Assembly (NCBI GenBank): GCA_032718475.1
Contig: JAUCBJ010000759.1
Span: forward strand, 1 to 64,000
Length of the DNA stretch: 64,000 nucleotides
Reading direction: 5' to 3'
Source of the DNA: Nemertoderma westbladi
Lineage: Eukaryota > Animalia > Xenacoelomorpha
Positions 46,986 to 60,900 of the stretch are shown in pieces (the stretch's first letter is position 1; each line of letters begins with the position of its first letter). The notes under the pieces are model-generated. The model saw nothing but the letters and a program-made list of their open reading frames with translations. It made no database searches and was not told the origin of the DNA. Position numbers and translations under genes: made by a program.

Positions 46986-48013
46986 CCCGAGAGTGAGACA
47001 GTCGCTGCCACATGCGGCCACGCAGGGGACTACAAGTCCACAGTTAGCTGGGAGTAGGGCCACACCGTGGCAGGGACAGAAACAAAATAACAACACGAAC
47101 AAATATAATCCCGACATACCCAGTAGGCCGAGTCCAAATAACCAAAACACTAAACCGGTAGATATGAATCTACGCGCAATACGTGAAGGGCTATACAGGG
47201 AGCGCTACAATACAGGATACGAATGTCAATTGCATAGGGATGGAACCCATAAGACACTGAGTTGTAAGCATTGGCAAGCGTTGTCTAAACAAGATGGTGT
47301 AGCCTACGCGGATACAAACGGACTATGTCATTGATGCGTGGTAGAAGGACACAGATTCGGAGAGAGTAGAGAAACACCGATAGGAGAAGATGAGACTGGA
47401 GGCCAAACTATGGCTACGAGCACAACGGGAGCAAGGAGAAAGAGGAAAGTACTACTCGGGGTAGTACCAGTGAGGATAACAGGAGAGAGCGGTTGATCAG
47501 TTACGACGTTAATGCTGGTCGACAGTGGAGTAGCCTTCACGCTGGTGGAGAATTGGGTGGCCGAGAAGATAGAGTTACAGACGAGGCCGAGTAGGATGGC
47601 AGTAACTGCTATCTCGAGTAAGGATGACGTCCTGGAGATGAGGACGGGACGGTGCGAGATATCAGCAATAGCACCGGGATGTGACTATGGGGCGACCATT
47701 GACCCCATTCAGGTAATAGAATCGATCAACATAAATGCCAGGTGACCAATTAACATCGAGGTCGAGCAATACAGATTCATGGACGAAATCGATTTCTCAA
47801 TACCGAAAGTGGACGTCTTGAAGGTATCCATCATAGTCGGAATGGATTGTCCGACGGCCCACAAGAGAGTAAGGACCATATTCGGAGAGAAAAAGCAGCG
47901 GGATCCAACAGCGATTCTCACGCCGTTCGGATGGATGCTTAGCGGCCCAATTAAAACCAAGATTCAACTCAGGGTGTCGGAGACATCAGGAGGCATGCTA
48001 TCAGGCACTGTTG
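46986..48013 (+). pseudogene. Degraded BEL/Pao gag-protease fragment of another family
   Basis: CQLHRDGTHKTLSC..GLCH*CVVEGH knuckles; KVLLGVVPVRI..MLVDSG protease; IIVGMD..AILTPFGWMLSGP. Confidence 0.8.
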
Positions 48014-48810
48014 AGGTCGTGGGACCATGGAGCCCATTTTGGCACTTAGAAGGATAATTGAAGAATTATCAAAAAAGAAAGACAGGCATCTGGCTGTTAT
48101 CTTTGTTGACTTCTTCTGTCGACTTTGATTCAGTCTTTCGCTCACGTATGTTCAGCATACTTTCATTATTTGGGATTCCTGATGAAATTATTGCAGCAAT
48201 CAGATCAGTATACGATGGTTCGACAACATTTGTGTCTACTGTTGACGGTGACACAGAACCATTTGAAGTGTTATGGGGCGTCCTCCAAGGAGACAAACTT
48301 GCACCATTCTTGTTCATTATTGTGGTTGACTATGTTCTACGCATGTCCTTAGATCATCATAATGATGATGGGGTGATGATAACTCCACCTACTGGCTCCA
48401 GAAATCGAGGAAATCCTGCCAAGTACCTAACTGATCTAGACTTTGCTGATCACTTAGGAGTACTCTCAGAATCATTAGAGGCTCAACGGCTCCTCAGCTC
48501 ATTAGAACATGCTGCTTCTAGTGTTGGTCTTTTTATTAACTCCAGAAAGACCAAAATTATGACAGTTAACTTTGAAAGTCCTCAGAAAGTCTCTGATCGG
48601 ATGAGGCTCAAAGGATGGTATGCTTGAGCATGTGGACGACTTCTGTTACCTGGGATCATGGATCCGGAAGTCAGGACCTTCGAATACGTTTACGTACGAA
48701 TACGTAATTCCGAGAATTAATCGGAAACTTAAGGTCCGATTATTTAGAGCAGCAGTAGTTCCAGTACTCCTCTATGGAAGTCCATGCTGGGCTCTAACTG
48801 CTGTGGATAC
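48014..48810 (+). pseudogene. Internal fragment of the same RTE LINE RT as 53529-54941, damaged
   Basis: Near-identical to ~53735-54575; catalytic FADD changed to FADH; several small deletions; no 3' tail. Confidence 0.92.
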
Positions 48811-49199
48811 GTTATATGTCCGGAGAAGTGTCCGGAGGAGACGCCGGTCCGGTTGAGAGGCATACCGAGAAGGGGAAGGTCAAATAAGAAGACAGGGTGG
48901 AAAGGGATAGGATTAATATTATCCATTCTGTTTTATCTATTCTTTCGATTTCTTTTCATTCTACCACCAGGTGATGACAAGATGAAGGGTGGCATTTTGC
49001 TGCCAGAGGACAATGAGGAAATCAAGAAGGCGACCGAAAGACCCGATTTTAGGGTGGTGGAGGATGGAGAATCAATTCCTAGAGAGTTGGAATTGGCAAG
49101 GAGAGTGTGGCGAAGGATAAGAGGACCTATAGGGGGGCAGTGGGAGAGTGCCTGCTGGAAGAATTGCCCTTGAAGTTTAGTCGTCCAATATGTTGGACT

Positions 49200-49990
49200 G
49201 AGGGGGGTGGGAATGAGGGCGAGACGCCCTTCTCACACATAAATATAAAAATAAATTAATAAGAAAATAATAAAATTAGTAGAAAGTTAGAAAGTAATAG
49301 TAGTAGATAGTTAGATAGTAAGTAGTAGTTAGAAAGTTAGTAGAAGCTAGTAAGAAGTAGTAGTTAGAAAGTTAGTAGAAGTTAGTAAGAAGTAAGAAAG
49401 TTAGTAGAAGTTAGTAAGAGTAAGAGGAGAATTAGAAGTTAGAAATTAGGGAGTGTGGTATATAGACATACCACGAGAGTAGTAGCAGGGTACATAGTAC
49501 TGGAGTAGCAGGGTACATAATACCGAGAGAGTTAGAGGTTGTGGGCACCCAAAGCGCCATGTAGAAAGAGGGTAGAGTGTATGGTATGTAGGTATACCAT
49601 AGAAGTAGTAGCAGAGGGGTTGTGGGCACCCAAAGCGCCATGTAGAAAGAGGGTAGAGTGTATGGTATGTAGGTATACCATAGAAGTAGTAGCAGAGGGG
49701 TTGTGGGCACCGAAAGCGCCACGTAGAAAGAGAGTAGATGGTATGGTATGTAGGTATACCATAGAAGTAGTAGCAGAGGGGTTGTGGGCACCGAAAGTGA
49801 CACGTAGTGAGAGAGTGAAGTGTGTGGTATGTAGGTATGTAGGTAGTAGCAGTATTAGGGTACATAGTATCATAGAAGTTAGAAGTTGTGGACACCGAGA
49901 GTGCCACGTAGTAAGAAAGTAAAGGGTATGTAGGCATAAAATAGTAGTAGTAGTGTACATAGTAAGAAGGAACCACAGAAGTAAACCACA
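49200..49990 (+). mobile_element. Polypurine tract and probable LTR start with purine-rich subrepeats
   Basis: GAGGGGGGTGGGAA (49200-49213) followed by TG; right end not determined. Confidence 0.4.
49538..49840. repeat. 81-bp tandem repeat (~3.5 copies)
   Basis: tgtgggcacc at 49540, 49621, 49702 and 49783. Confidence 0.92.
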
Positions 49991-50185
49991 ACAATTCATT
50001 TATAATTAATTAACACGCATGGCCGGCATACGGGGTTGCAGTGGTTTCTACAACACTGTATAATAGTTATTCTTTGAGGCATGGTTGCCATTTCTGGCAG
50101 AGCACGGGAATAACGTTGTACTTTACTATGAGTGACGTAAAAAGGCCTAAAAATGATACCCCACTCCACAGCGAATAAATCTTCT

Positions 50186-50284
50186 ACCGCCCTGGTAGCT
50201 CAGTGGTCTTAGGACACACACTCGGCTGATGATAACCGGAAGTTTGAAACCTAGATACCGGGTTCGAGCCCCAATAGGGGCGGT
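50186..50284 (+). ncRNA. tRNA-derived SINE head with an embedded minimal type I hammerhead-like motif (50220-50263)
   Basis: A box TAGCTCAGTGG at 50196, B box GGTTCGAGCC at 50261, closing stem ACCGCCC/GGGCGGT, and CTGATGA...GAAAC core between the boxes. Confidence 0.6.
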
Positions 50285-53200
50285 TGATATCCATCTCTAT
50301 GGAGAGCATTATCATAATGTACTATAACATAGTAAGAAGGAAGTAGAAAGGTAGATAGGATAATAATAGCACAGACAGGGGGGAACATAAGAAAAATTAA
50401 ATAAGACTAAGGAAAATTGGCACTTTGGGAGTGGTAGAGAAAGAACACAGGACATTGTGGAGCATTGGGGATGGGCCAGCTCATGGGCCTTGTCTGCCAC
50501 AAGCCGATGGACTGGGGCAAGTTCCGGGAGGAGCACGGAGCGGGCACGGGACATTGTGAAGCAGCGGCGATGGGCCAGCTCATGAGGCTTGTCTGCCACA
50601 AGCCATACATACATAGCTGGACTGGGGTAAGTTCCAGGAGGAGTACGGAGTGAAGCTGGCGAACTCGCTGAAGTGGGGAGCAAGGCCAGGGAAACAGGAG
50701 TGTATCAGTTCCAGAGAGGAGCGATAAAGATATATCAGAAGAAATATATCCTACAGGAGGATTGGATAATGATAGGTTTACTAAACCTATTCACGGTCGT
50801 GGTTATCGGAAGAGAGCCGATGGCGTTTCTGCTATCAGGATCACCTCTAAACTACAGAAGAGCCTTTAAGGTGGCCTTCGAAGGTCTGCTAGACCACCCG
50901 GGGCTGAAGGGTGAGTCAGTGTAGATACAACAGCCGGCACCTAGTAGACAGGGAGGTGGATACACCATACAAGAGATGGGAGAAGCTGGAAGCGAATAGA
51001 CTCGAGGAGAAGCGACTTGAAGAATTCGCCAGGTGAGTAAGGAGGGAGGCAGATGAGAGAGAGGCGGAGATTAGGGGAAAGGATTACGGATTCGAGGCCC
51101 AGAACTTGGATGAGCCGAGGTGGGGATCAGGGAGCTCGGGCGAGTTTCTGGGGGAGGAGCTAGGATGGACGGAAGAATCGCCGAAACAATCGACATCGGG
51201 ATTGCAAGTGATGCCCTCTATAGATTTACTGACAATCGTTACCAAACTCTATAGATTTACTGACAATCGTTACCAAACTCTATAGTAGATTTACTGACAA
51301 TCGTTACCAAACTCTATAGATTTACTGACAATCGTTACCAAACTCTATAGATTTACTGACAATCGTTACCAAACTCTATAGATTTACTGACAATTGTTAC
51401 CAAACTCTATAGATTTACTGACAATCGTTACCAAACTCTATAGATTTACTGACAATCGTTACCAAACTCTATAGATTTACTGACAATCGTAACCAAACTC
51501 TATAGATTTACTGACAATCGTTACCAAACTCTATAGATTTACTGACAATCGTTACCAAACTCTATAGATTTACTGACAATTGTTACCCAACTCTATAGTA
51601 GATTTACTGACAATTGTTACCAAACTCTATAGATTTACTGACAATTGTTACCAAAATCTATAGATTTACTGACAATTGTTACCAAACTCTATAGATTTAC
51701 TAACAATTGTTACCAAACTCTATAGATTTACTGACAATCGTTACCAAACTCTATAGATTTACTGCCAATTGTTACCAAACTCTATAGATTTACTGACAAT
51801 CGTTACCAAACTCTATAGATTTACTGACGATTGTTATCAAACTCTATAGATTTACTGACAATCGTTACCAAACTCTATAGATTTACTGACAATCGTTACC
51901 AAACTCTATAGATTTACTGACAATCGTTACCAAACTCTATAGATTTACTGACAATCGTTACCAAACTCTATAGATTTACTGACAATTGTTACCAAACTCT
52001 ATAGATTTACTGACAATTGTTACCAAACTCTATAGATTTACTGACAATCGTTACCAAACTCTATAGATTTACTGACAATTGTTACCCAACTCTAGAGTAG
52101 ATTTACTGACAATCGTTACCAAACTCTATAGATTTACTGACAATCGTTACCAAACTCTATAGATTTACTGACAATCGTTACCAAACTCTATAGATTTACT
52201 GACAATCGTTACCAAACTCTATAGATTTACTGACAATCGTTACCAAACTCTATAGATTTACTGACAATCGTTACCAAACTCTATAGATTTACTGACAATC
52301 GTTACCAAACTCTATAGATTTACTGACAATCGTTACCAAACTCTATAGATTTACTGACAATCGTTACCAAACTCTATAGATTTACTGACAATTGTTACCA
52401 AACTCTGTAGATTTACTGACAATTGTTACCAAACTCTATATATTTACTGACAATCGTTACCAAACTCTATAGATTTACTGCCAATTGTTACCAAACTCTA
52501 TAGATTTACTGACAATTGTTACCAAACTCTATAGTAGATTTACTGACAATCGTTACCAAACTCTATAGATTTACTGACAATTGTTACCAAACTCTATAGT
52601 AGATTTACTGACAATTGTTACCAAACTCTATAGATTTACTGACAATTGTTACCAAACTCTATAGTAGATTTACTGACAATCGTTACCAAACTCTATAGAT
52701 TTACTGACAATCGTTACCAAACTCTATAGATTTACTGACAATCGTTACCAAACTCTATAGATTTACTGACAATTGTTACCCAACTCTAGAGTAGATTTAC
52801 TGACAATCGTTACCAAACTCTATAGATTTACTGACAATCGTTACCAAACTCTATAGATTTACTGACAATCGTTACCAAACTCTATAGATTTACTGACAAT
52901 CGTTACCAAACTCTATAGATTTACTGACAATCGTTACCAAACTCTATAGATTTACTGACAATCGTTACCAAACTCTATAGATTTACTGACAATCGTTACC
53001 AAACTCTATAGATTTACTGACAATCGTTACCAAACTCTATAGATTTACTGACAATCGTTACCAAACTCTATAGATTTACTGACAATTGTTACCAAACTCT
53101 GTAGATTTACTGACAATTGTTACCAAACTCTATATATTTACTGACAATCGTTACCAAACTCTATAGATTTACTGACAATTGTTACCAAACTCTATAGTAG

Positions 53201-53446
53201 ATTTACTGACAATTGTTACCAAACTCTATAGATTTACTGACAATTGTTACCAAACTCTATAGTAGATTTACTGACAATCGTTACCAAACTCTATAGATTT
53301 ACTGACAATCGTTACCAAACTCTATAGATTTACTGACAATTGTTACCAAACTCTATAGATTTACTGACAATTGTTACCAAACTCTATAGATTTACTGACA
53401 ATCGTTACCAAACTCTATAGATTTACTGACAATCGTTACCAAACTC

Positions 53447-54980
53447 CAACAGTAGAGTAGATGGTGTTCCCCCTGAGGTCTTTAAAATACCTGAGTGTTT
53501 AAAGCTCATCTATCCCATCATAGTAGACATGTACCGTACAACAAGAGTCCCACAAGAAATGAAAACAAATAAGTTGGTGCCAGTTCCCAAGAAGGGCAAC
53601 CTAACACTCTATGGTTCTTTTCGGGGAATCTCATTGATCTCGATTGCTGCAAAACTATACAATAGAATTCTATTAAATCGCATCAGGGATCCCATTGAGA
53701 GACTGCTACGTGGAAATCAGAATGGGTTCCGTAAAGGTCGTGGGACCATGGAGCCCATTTTGGCACTTAGAAGGATAATTGAAGAGTTATCAAAAAAGAA
53801 AGACAGGCATCTGGCTGTTATCTTTGTTGACTTCTTCAAGGCCTTTGATTCAGTCTCTCGCTCACGTATGTTCAGCATACTTTCATTGTATGGGATTCCT
53901 GATGAAATTATTGCAGCAATCAGATCAGTATACGATGGTTCGACAACATTTGTGTCTACTGTTGACGGTGACACAGAACCATTTGAAGTGTTATGGGGCG
54001 TCCTCCAAGGAGACACACTTGCACCATTCTTGTTCATTATTGTGGTTGACTATGTTCTACGCATGTCCTTAGATCATCATAATGATGATGGGGTGATGAT
54101 AACTCCACCTACTGGCTCCAGAAGTCGAGGAAATCCTGCCAAGTACCTAACTGATCTAGACTTTGCTGATGACTTAGGAGTACTCTCAGAATCATTAGAG
54201 GGAGCCCAGCGGCTCCTCAGCTCATTAGAACATGCTGCTTCTAGTGTTGGTCTTTTTATTAACTCCAGAAAGACCAAAATTCTGACAGTTAACTTTGAAA
54301 GTCCTCAGCAAGTCTCTGATCGGATGAGCATAAGCTCAAAGGATGGTATGCTTGAGCATGTGGACGACTTCTGTTACCTGGGATCATGGATCCGGAAGTC
54401 AGGTGAGGACCTTCGAATACGTAAGGGAAAGGCATGGGCAGCCTTGAATAGGCTTTCCAGGATTTGGAAGTCACCTAGAATTAATCGGAAACTTAAGGTC
54501 CGATTATTTAGAGCAGCAGTAGTTCCAGTACTCCTCTACGGGAGTCCATGCTGGGCTCTAACTGCTGAGGACACCAAATCTCTGGATGGCACATTCACAA
54601 GAATGCTACGCCGGGTACATTGTGTCAAGTACAATGCACACATCTCCAACCAGACACTATATAACATTGGAGGTGTCTCATTGGTTCCCCCAAGCTTGAC
54701 ACTAGAACAAAATCGCCTCCGCTTTGCAGGACATTGCTTTCGCCGTGAGGACCAGCCAGTGCACAATCTTGTACTTTGGCAGCCTCATGGAGTGAATAAG
54801 CATGGTGGACAGCCCATGACTTTCTTGAGACGCATCTTAAAGGACACTGGCCTTAAAGATGCGGATGATCTAGCAAATGTCATGGGTGATAGGGAGTTGT
54901 GGCGGTGCAATTTTGTTGACAAGCCGGCACAGCATTCTTAAAAATGCAGCTGCAATGCAGCATGCCGATCCTAGTAGTAG
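53447..54980 (+). mobile_element. 5'-truncated RTE-clade LINE with (TAG)3 tail and ~12-bp target-site duplication
   Basis: GTTACCAAACTC at 53435-53446 and 54980-54991; very short 3' UTR ending in tagtagtag. Confidence 0.9.
53529..54941 (+). CDS. Non-LTR reverse transcriptase (RTE-like), endonuclease lost by truncation
   Basis: PVPKKG, FRGISL, QNGFRKGRGT, FVDFFKAFDSV, GVLQGDTLAPFLF, DFADD, FCYLGS and RLRFAGH motifs; uninterrupted frame. Confidence 0.95.
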   Translation: MYRTTRVPQEMKTNKLVPVPKKGNLTLYGSFRGISLISIAAKLYNRILLNRIRDPIERLLRGNQNGFRKGRGTMEPILALRRIIEELSKKKDRHLAVIFVDFFKAFDSVSRSRMFSILSLYGIPDEIIAAIRSVYDGSTTFVSTVDGDTEPFEVLWGVLQGDTLAPFLFIIVVDYVLRMSLDHHNDDGVMITPPTGSRSRGNPAKYLTDLDFADDLGVLSESLEGAQRLLSSLEHAASSVGLFINSRKTKILTVNFESPQQVSDRMSISSKDGMLEHVDDFCYLGSWIRKSGEDLRIRKGKAWAALNRLSRIWKSPRINRKLKVRLFRAAVVPVLLYGSPCWALTAEDTKSLDGTFTRMLRRVHCVKYNAHISNQTLYNIGGVSLVPPSLTLEQNRLRFAGHCFRREDQPVHNLVLWQPHGVNKHGGQPMTFLRRILKDTGLKDADDLANVMGDRELWRCNFVDKPAQHS

Positions 54981-57900
54981 TTACCAAACTCTATAGATTT
55001 ACTGACAATTGTTACCCAACTCTAGAGTAGATTTACTGACAATCGTTACCAAACTCTATAGATTTACTGACAATCGTTACCAAACTCTATAGATTTACTG
55101 ACAATCGTTACCAAACTCTATAGATTTACTGACAATCGTTACCAAACTCTATAGATTTACTGACAATCGTTACCAAACTCTATAGATTTACTGACAATCG
55201 TTACCAAACTCTATAGATTTACTGACAATCGTTACCAAACTCTATAGATTTACTGACAATCGTTACCAAACTCTATAGATTTACTGACAATCGTTACCAA
55301 ACTCTATAGATTTACTGACAATTGTTACCAAACTCTGTAGATTTACTGACAATTGTTACCAAACTCTATATATTTACTGACAATCGTTACCAAACTCTAT
55401 AGATTTACTGACAATTGTTACCAAACTCTATAGTAGATTTACTGACAATTGTTACCAAACTCTATAGATTTACTGACAATTGTTACCAAACTCTATAGTA
55501 GATTTACTGACAATCGTTACCAAACTCTATAGATTTACTGACAATCGTTACCAAACTCTATAGATTTACTGACAATTGTTACCAAACTCTATAGATTTAC
55601 TGACAATTGTTACCAAACTCTATAGATTTACTGACAATCGTTACCAAACTCTATAGATTTACTGACAATTGTTACCCAACTCTAGAGTAGATTTACTGAC
55701 AATCGTTACCAAACTCTATAGATTTACTGACAATCGTTACCAAACTCTATAGATTTACTGACAATCGTTACCAAACTCTATAGATTTACTGACAATCGTT
55801 ACCAAACTCTATAGATTTACTGACAATCGTTACCAAACTCTATAGATTTACTGACAATCGTTACCAAACTCTATAGATTTACTGACAATCGTTACCAAAC
55901 TCTATAGATTTACTGACAATCGTTACCAAACTCTATAGATTTACTGACAATCGTTACCAAACTCTATAGATTTACTGACAATTGTTACCAAACTCTGTAG
56001 ATTTACTGACAATTGTTACCAAACTCTATATATTTACTGACAATCGTTACCAAACTCTATAGATTTACTGCCAATTGTTACCAAACTCTATATATTTACT
56101 GACAATTGTTACCAAACTCTATAGTAGATTTACTGACAATCGTTACCAAACTCTATAGATTTACTGACAATTGTTACCAAACTCTATAGTAGATTTACTG
56201 ACAATTGTTACCAAACTCTATAGATTTACTGACAATTGTTACCAAACTCTATAGTAGATTTACTGACAATCGTTACCAAACTCTATAGATTTACTGACAA
56301 TTGTTACCAAACTCTATAGATTTACTGACAATCGTTACCAAACTCTATAGATTTACTGACAATCCTTACCAAACTCTATAGATTTACTGACAATCGTTAC
56401 CAAACTCTATAGATTTACTGACAATTGTTACCAAACTCTATAGATTTACTGACAATCGTTACCAAACTCTATAGATTTACTGACAATCGTTACCAAACTC
56501 TATAGATTTACTGACAATCGTTACCAAACTCTATAGATTTACTGACAATCGTTACCAAACTCTATAGATTTACTGACAATCGTTACCAAACTCTATAGAT
56601 TTACTGACAATTGTTACCAAACTCTATAGATTTACTGACAATCGTTACCAAACTCTATAGATTTACTGACAATCGTTACCAAACTCTATAGATTTACTGA
56701 CAATTGTTACCAAACTCTATAGATTTACTGACAATCGTTACCAAACTCTATAGATTTACTGACAATCGTTACCAAACTCTATAGATTTACTGACAATCGT
56801 TACCAAACTCTATAGATTTACTGCCAATTGTTACCAAACTCTATAGATTTACTGACAATTGTTACCAAACTCTATATATTTACTGACAATTGTTACCAAA
56901 CTCTATAGTAGATTTACTGACAATTGTTACCAAACTCTATAGATTTACTGACAATTGTTACCAAACTCTATAGTAGATTTACTGACAATCGTTACCAAAC
57001 TCTATAGATTTACTGACAATTGTTACCAAACTCTATAGATTTACTGACAATCGTTACCAAACTCTATAGATTTACTGACAATCGTTACCAAACTCTATAG
57101 ATTTACTGACAATCGTTACCAAACTCTATAGATTTACTGACAATCGTTACCAAACTCTATAGATTTACTGACAATCGTAACCAAACTCTATAGATTTACT
57201 GACAATTGTTACCAAACTCTATAGTAGATTTACTGACAATTGTTACCAAACTCTATAGATTTACTGACAATCGTTACCAAACTCTATAGTAGATTTACTG
57301 ACAATCGTTACCAAACTCTATAGATTTACTGACAATCGTTACCAAACTCTATAGATTTACTGACAATCGTTACCAAACTCTATAGATTTACTGACAATCG
57401 TTACCAAACTCTATAGATTTACTGACAATTGTTACCAAACTCTATATATTTACTGACAATTGTTACCAAACTCTATAGTAGATTTACTGACAATTGTTAC
57501 CAAACTCTATAGATTTACTGACAATTGTTACCAAACTCTATAGATTTACTGACAATTGTTACCAAACTCTATAGATTTACTGACAATCGTTACCAAACTC
57601 TATAGTAGATTTACTGACAATCGTTACCAAACTCTATAGATTTACTGACAATCGTTACCAAACTCTATAGATTTACTGACAATCGTTACCAAACTCTATA
57701 GATTTACTGACAATTGTTACCAAACTCTATAGTAGATTTACTGACAATTGTTACCAAACTCTATAGATTTACTGACAATCGTTACCAAACTCTATAGTAG
57801 ATTTACTGACAATCGTTACCAAACTCTATAGATTTACTGACAATCGTTACCAAACTCTATAGATTTACTGACAATCGTTACCAAACTCTATAGATTTACT

Positions 57901-60900
57901 GACAATCGTTACCAAACTCTATAGATTTACTGACAATTGTTACCAAACTCTATATATTTACTGACAATTGTTACCAAACTCTATAGTAGATTTACTGACA
58001 ATTGTTACCAAACTCTATAGATTTACTGACAATTGTTACCAAACTCTATAGATTTACTGACAATTGTTACCAAACTCTATAGATTTACTGACAATCGTTA
58101 CCAAACTCTATAGTAGATTTACTGACAATCGTTACCAAACTCTATAGATTTACTGACAATCGTTACCAAACTCTATAGATTTACTGACAATTGTTACCAA
58201 ACTCTATAGATTTACTGACAATTGTTACCAAACTCTATAGATTTACTGACAATCGTTACCAAACTCTATAGTAGATTTACTGACGATCGTTACCAAACTC
58301 TATAGATTTACTGACAATCGTTACCAAACTCTATAGATTTACTGACAATCGTTACCAAACTCTATAGATTTACTGACAATCGTTACCAAACTCTATAGAT
58401 TTACTGACAATCGTTACCAAACTCTATAGATTTACTGACAATCGTTACCAAACTCTATAGATTTACTGACAATCGTTACCAAACTCTATAGATTTACTGA
58501 CAATCGTTACCAAACTCTATAGATTTACTGACAATTGTTACCAAACTCTATATATTTACTGACAATTGTTACCAAACTCTATAGTAGATTTACTGACAAT
58601 TGTTACCAAACTCTATAGATTTACTGACAATCGTTACCAAACTCTATAGTAGATTTACTGACAATCGTTACCAAACTCTATAGATTTACTGACAATCGTT
58701 ACCAAACTCTATAGATTTACTGACAATCGTTACCAAACTCTATAGATTTACTGACAATCGTTACCAAACTCTATAGATTTACTGACAATCGTTACCAAAC
58801 TCTATAGATTTACTGACAATCGTTACCAAACTCTATAGATTTACTGACAATCGTTACCAAACTCTATAGATTTACTGACAATCGTTACCAAACTCTATAG
58901 ATTTACTGACAATTGTTACCAAACTCTATAGATTTACTGACAATCGTTACCAAACTCTATAGATTTACTGACAATCGTTACCAAACTCTATAGATTTACT
59001 GACAATCGTTACCAAACTCTATAGATTTACTGACAATCGTTACCAAACTCTATAGATTTACTGACAATCGTTACCAAACTCTATAGATTTACTGACAATT
59101 GTTACCAAACTCTATAGATTTACTGACAATCGTTACCAAACTCTATAGATTTACTGACAATTGTTACCAAACTCTATAGATTTACTGACAATCGTTACCA
59201 AACTCTATAGATTTACTGACAATCGTTACCAAACTCTATAGATTTACTGACAATCGTTACCAAACTCTATAGATTTACTGACAATCGTTACCAAACTCTA
59301 TAGATTTACTGACAATTGTTACCAAACTCTGTAGATTTACTGACAATTGTTACCAAACTCTATATATTTACTGACAATCGTTACCAAACTCTATAGATTT
59401 ACTGCCAATTGTTACCAAACTCTATAGATTTACTGACAATTGTTACCAAACTCTATAGATTTACTGACAATTGTTACCAAACTCTATAGTAGATTTACTG
59501 ACAATCGTTACCAAACTCTATAGATTTACTGACAATTGTTACCAAACTCTATAGATTTACTGACAATCGTTACCAAACTCTATAGATTTACTGACAATCG
59601 TTACCAAACTCTATAGATTTACTGACAATCGTTACCAAACTCTATAGATTTACTGACAATCGTTACCAAACTCTATAGATTTACTGACAATCGTTACCAA
59701 ACTCTATAGTAGATTTACTGACAATCGTTACCAAACTCTATAAATTTACTGACAATCGTTACCAAACTCTATAGATTTACTGACAATCGTTACCAAACTC
59801 TATAGATTTACTGACAATCGTTACCAAACTCTATAGATTTACTGACAATCGTTACCAAACTCTATAGATTTACTGACAATCGTTACCAAACTCTATAGAT
59901 TTACTGACAATCGTTACCAAACTCTATAGATTTACTGACAATCGTTACCAAACTCTATAGATTTACTGACAATTGTTACCAAACTCTATAGATTTACTGA
60001 CAATCGTTACCAAACTCTATAGATTTACTGACAATCGTTACCAAACTCTATAGATTTACTGACAATCGTTACCAAACTCTATAGATTTACTGACAATCGT
60101 TACCAAACTCTATAGATTTACTGACAATCGTTACCAAACTCTATAGATTTACTGACAATTGTTACCAAACTCTATATATTTACTGACAATCGTTACCAAA
60201 CTCTATAGATTTACTGACAATTGTTACCAAACTCTATAGATTTGCTGACAATTGTTACCAAACTCTATAGATTTACTGACAATCGTTACCAAACTCTATA
60301 GATTTACTGACAATCGTTACCAAACTCTATAGATTTACTGACAATCGTTACCAAACTCTATAGATTTACTGCCAATTGTTACCAAACTCTATAGATTTAC
60401 TGACAATTGTTACCAAACTCTATAGTAGATTTACTGACAATTGTTACCAAACTCTATAGATTTACTGACAATAATTGTTACCAAACTCTATAGTAGATTT
60501 ACTGACAATTGTTACCAAACTCTATAGATTTACTGACAATTGTTACCAAACTCTATAGTAGATTTACTGACAATTGTTACCAAACTCTATAGATTTACTG
60601 ACAATTGTTACCAAACTCTATAGATTTACTGACAATTGTTAAAAAACTCTATAGATTTACTGACAATTGTTACCAAACTCTATAGATTTACTGACAATTG
60701 TTACCAAACTCTATAGATTTACTGACAATTGTTACCAAACTCTATAGTAGATTTACTGACAATTGTTACCAAACTCTATAGATTTACTGACAATAATTGT
60801 TACCAAACTCTATAGATTTACTGACAATTGTTACCAAACTCTATAGATTTACTGACAATAATTGTTACCAAACTCTATAGATTTACTGACAATTGTTACC

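Noticed and set aside
49432-49999. Overlapping 120-180-aa ORFs
   Set aside because: Products of the 81-bp repeat and strand-biased low-complexity sequence.
50186-50284. Functional tRNA gene
   Set aside because: No recognisable anticodon arm, A-B spacing too long and imperfect T stem.
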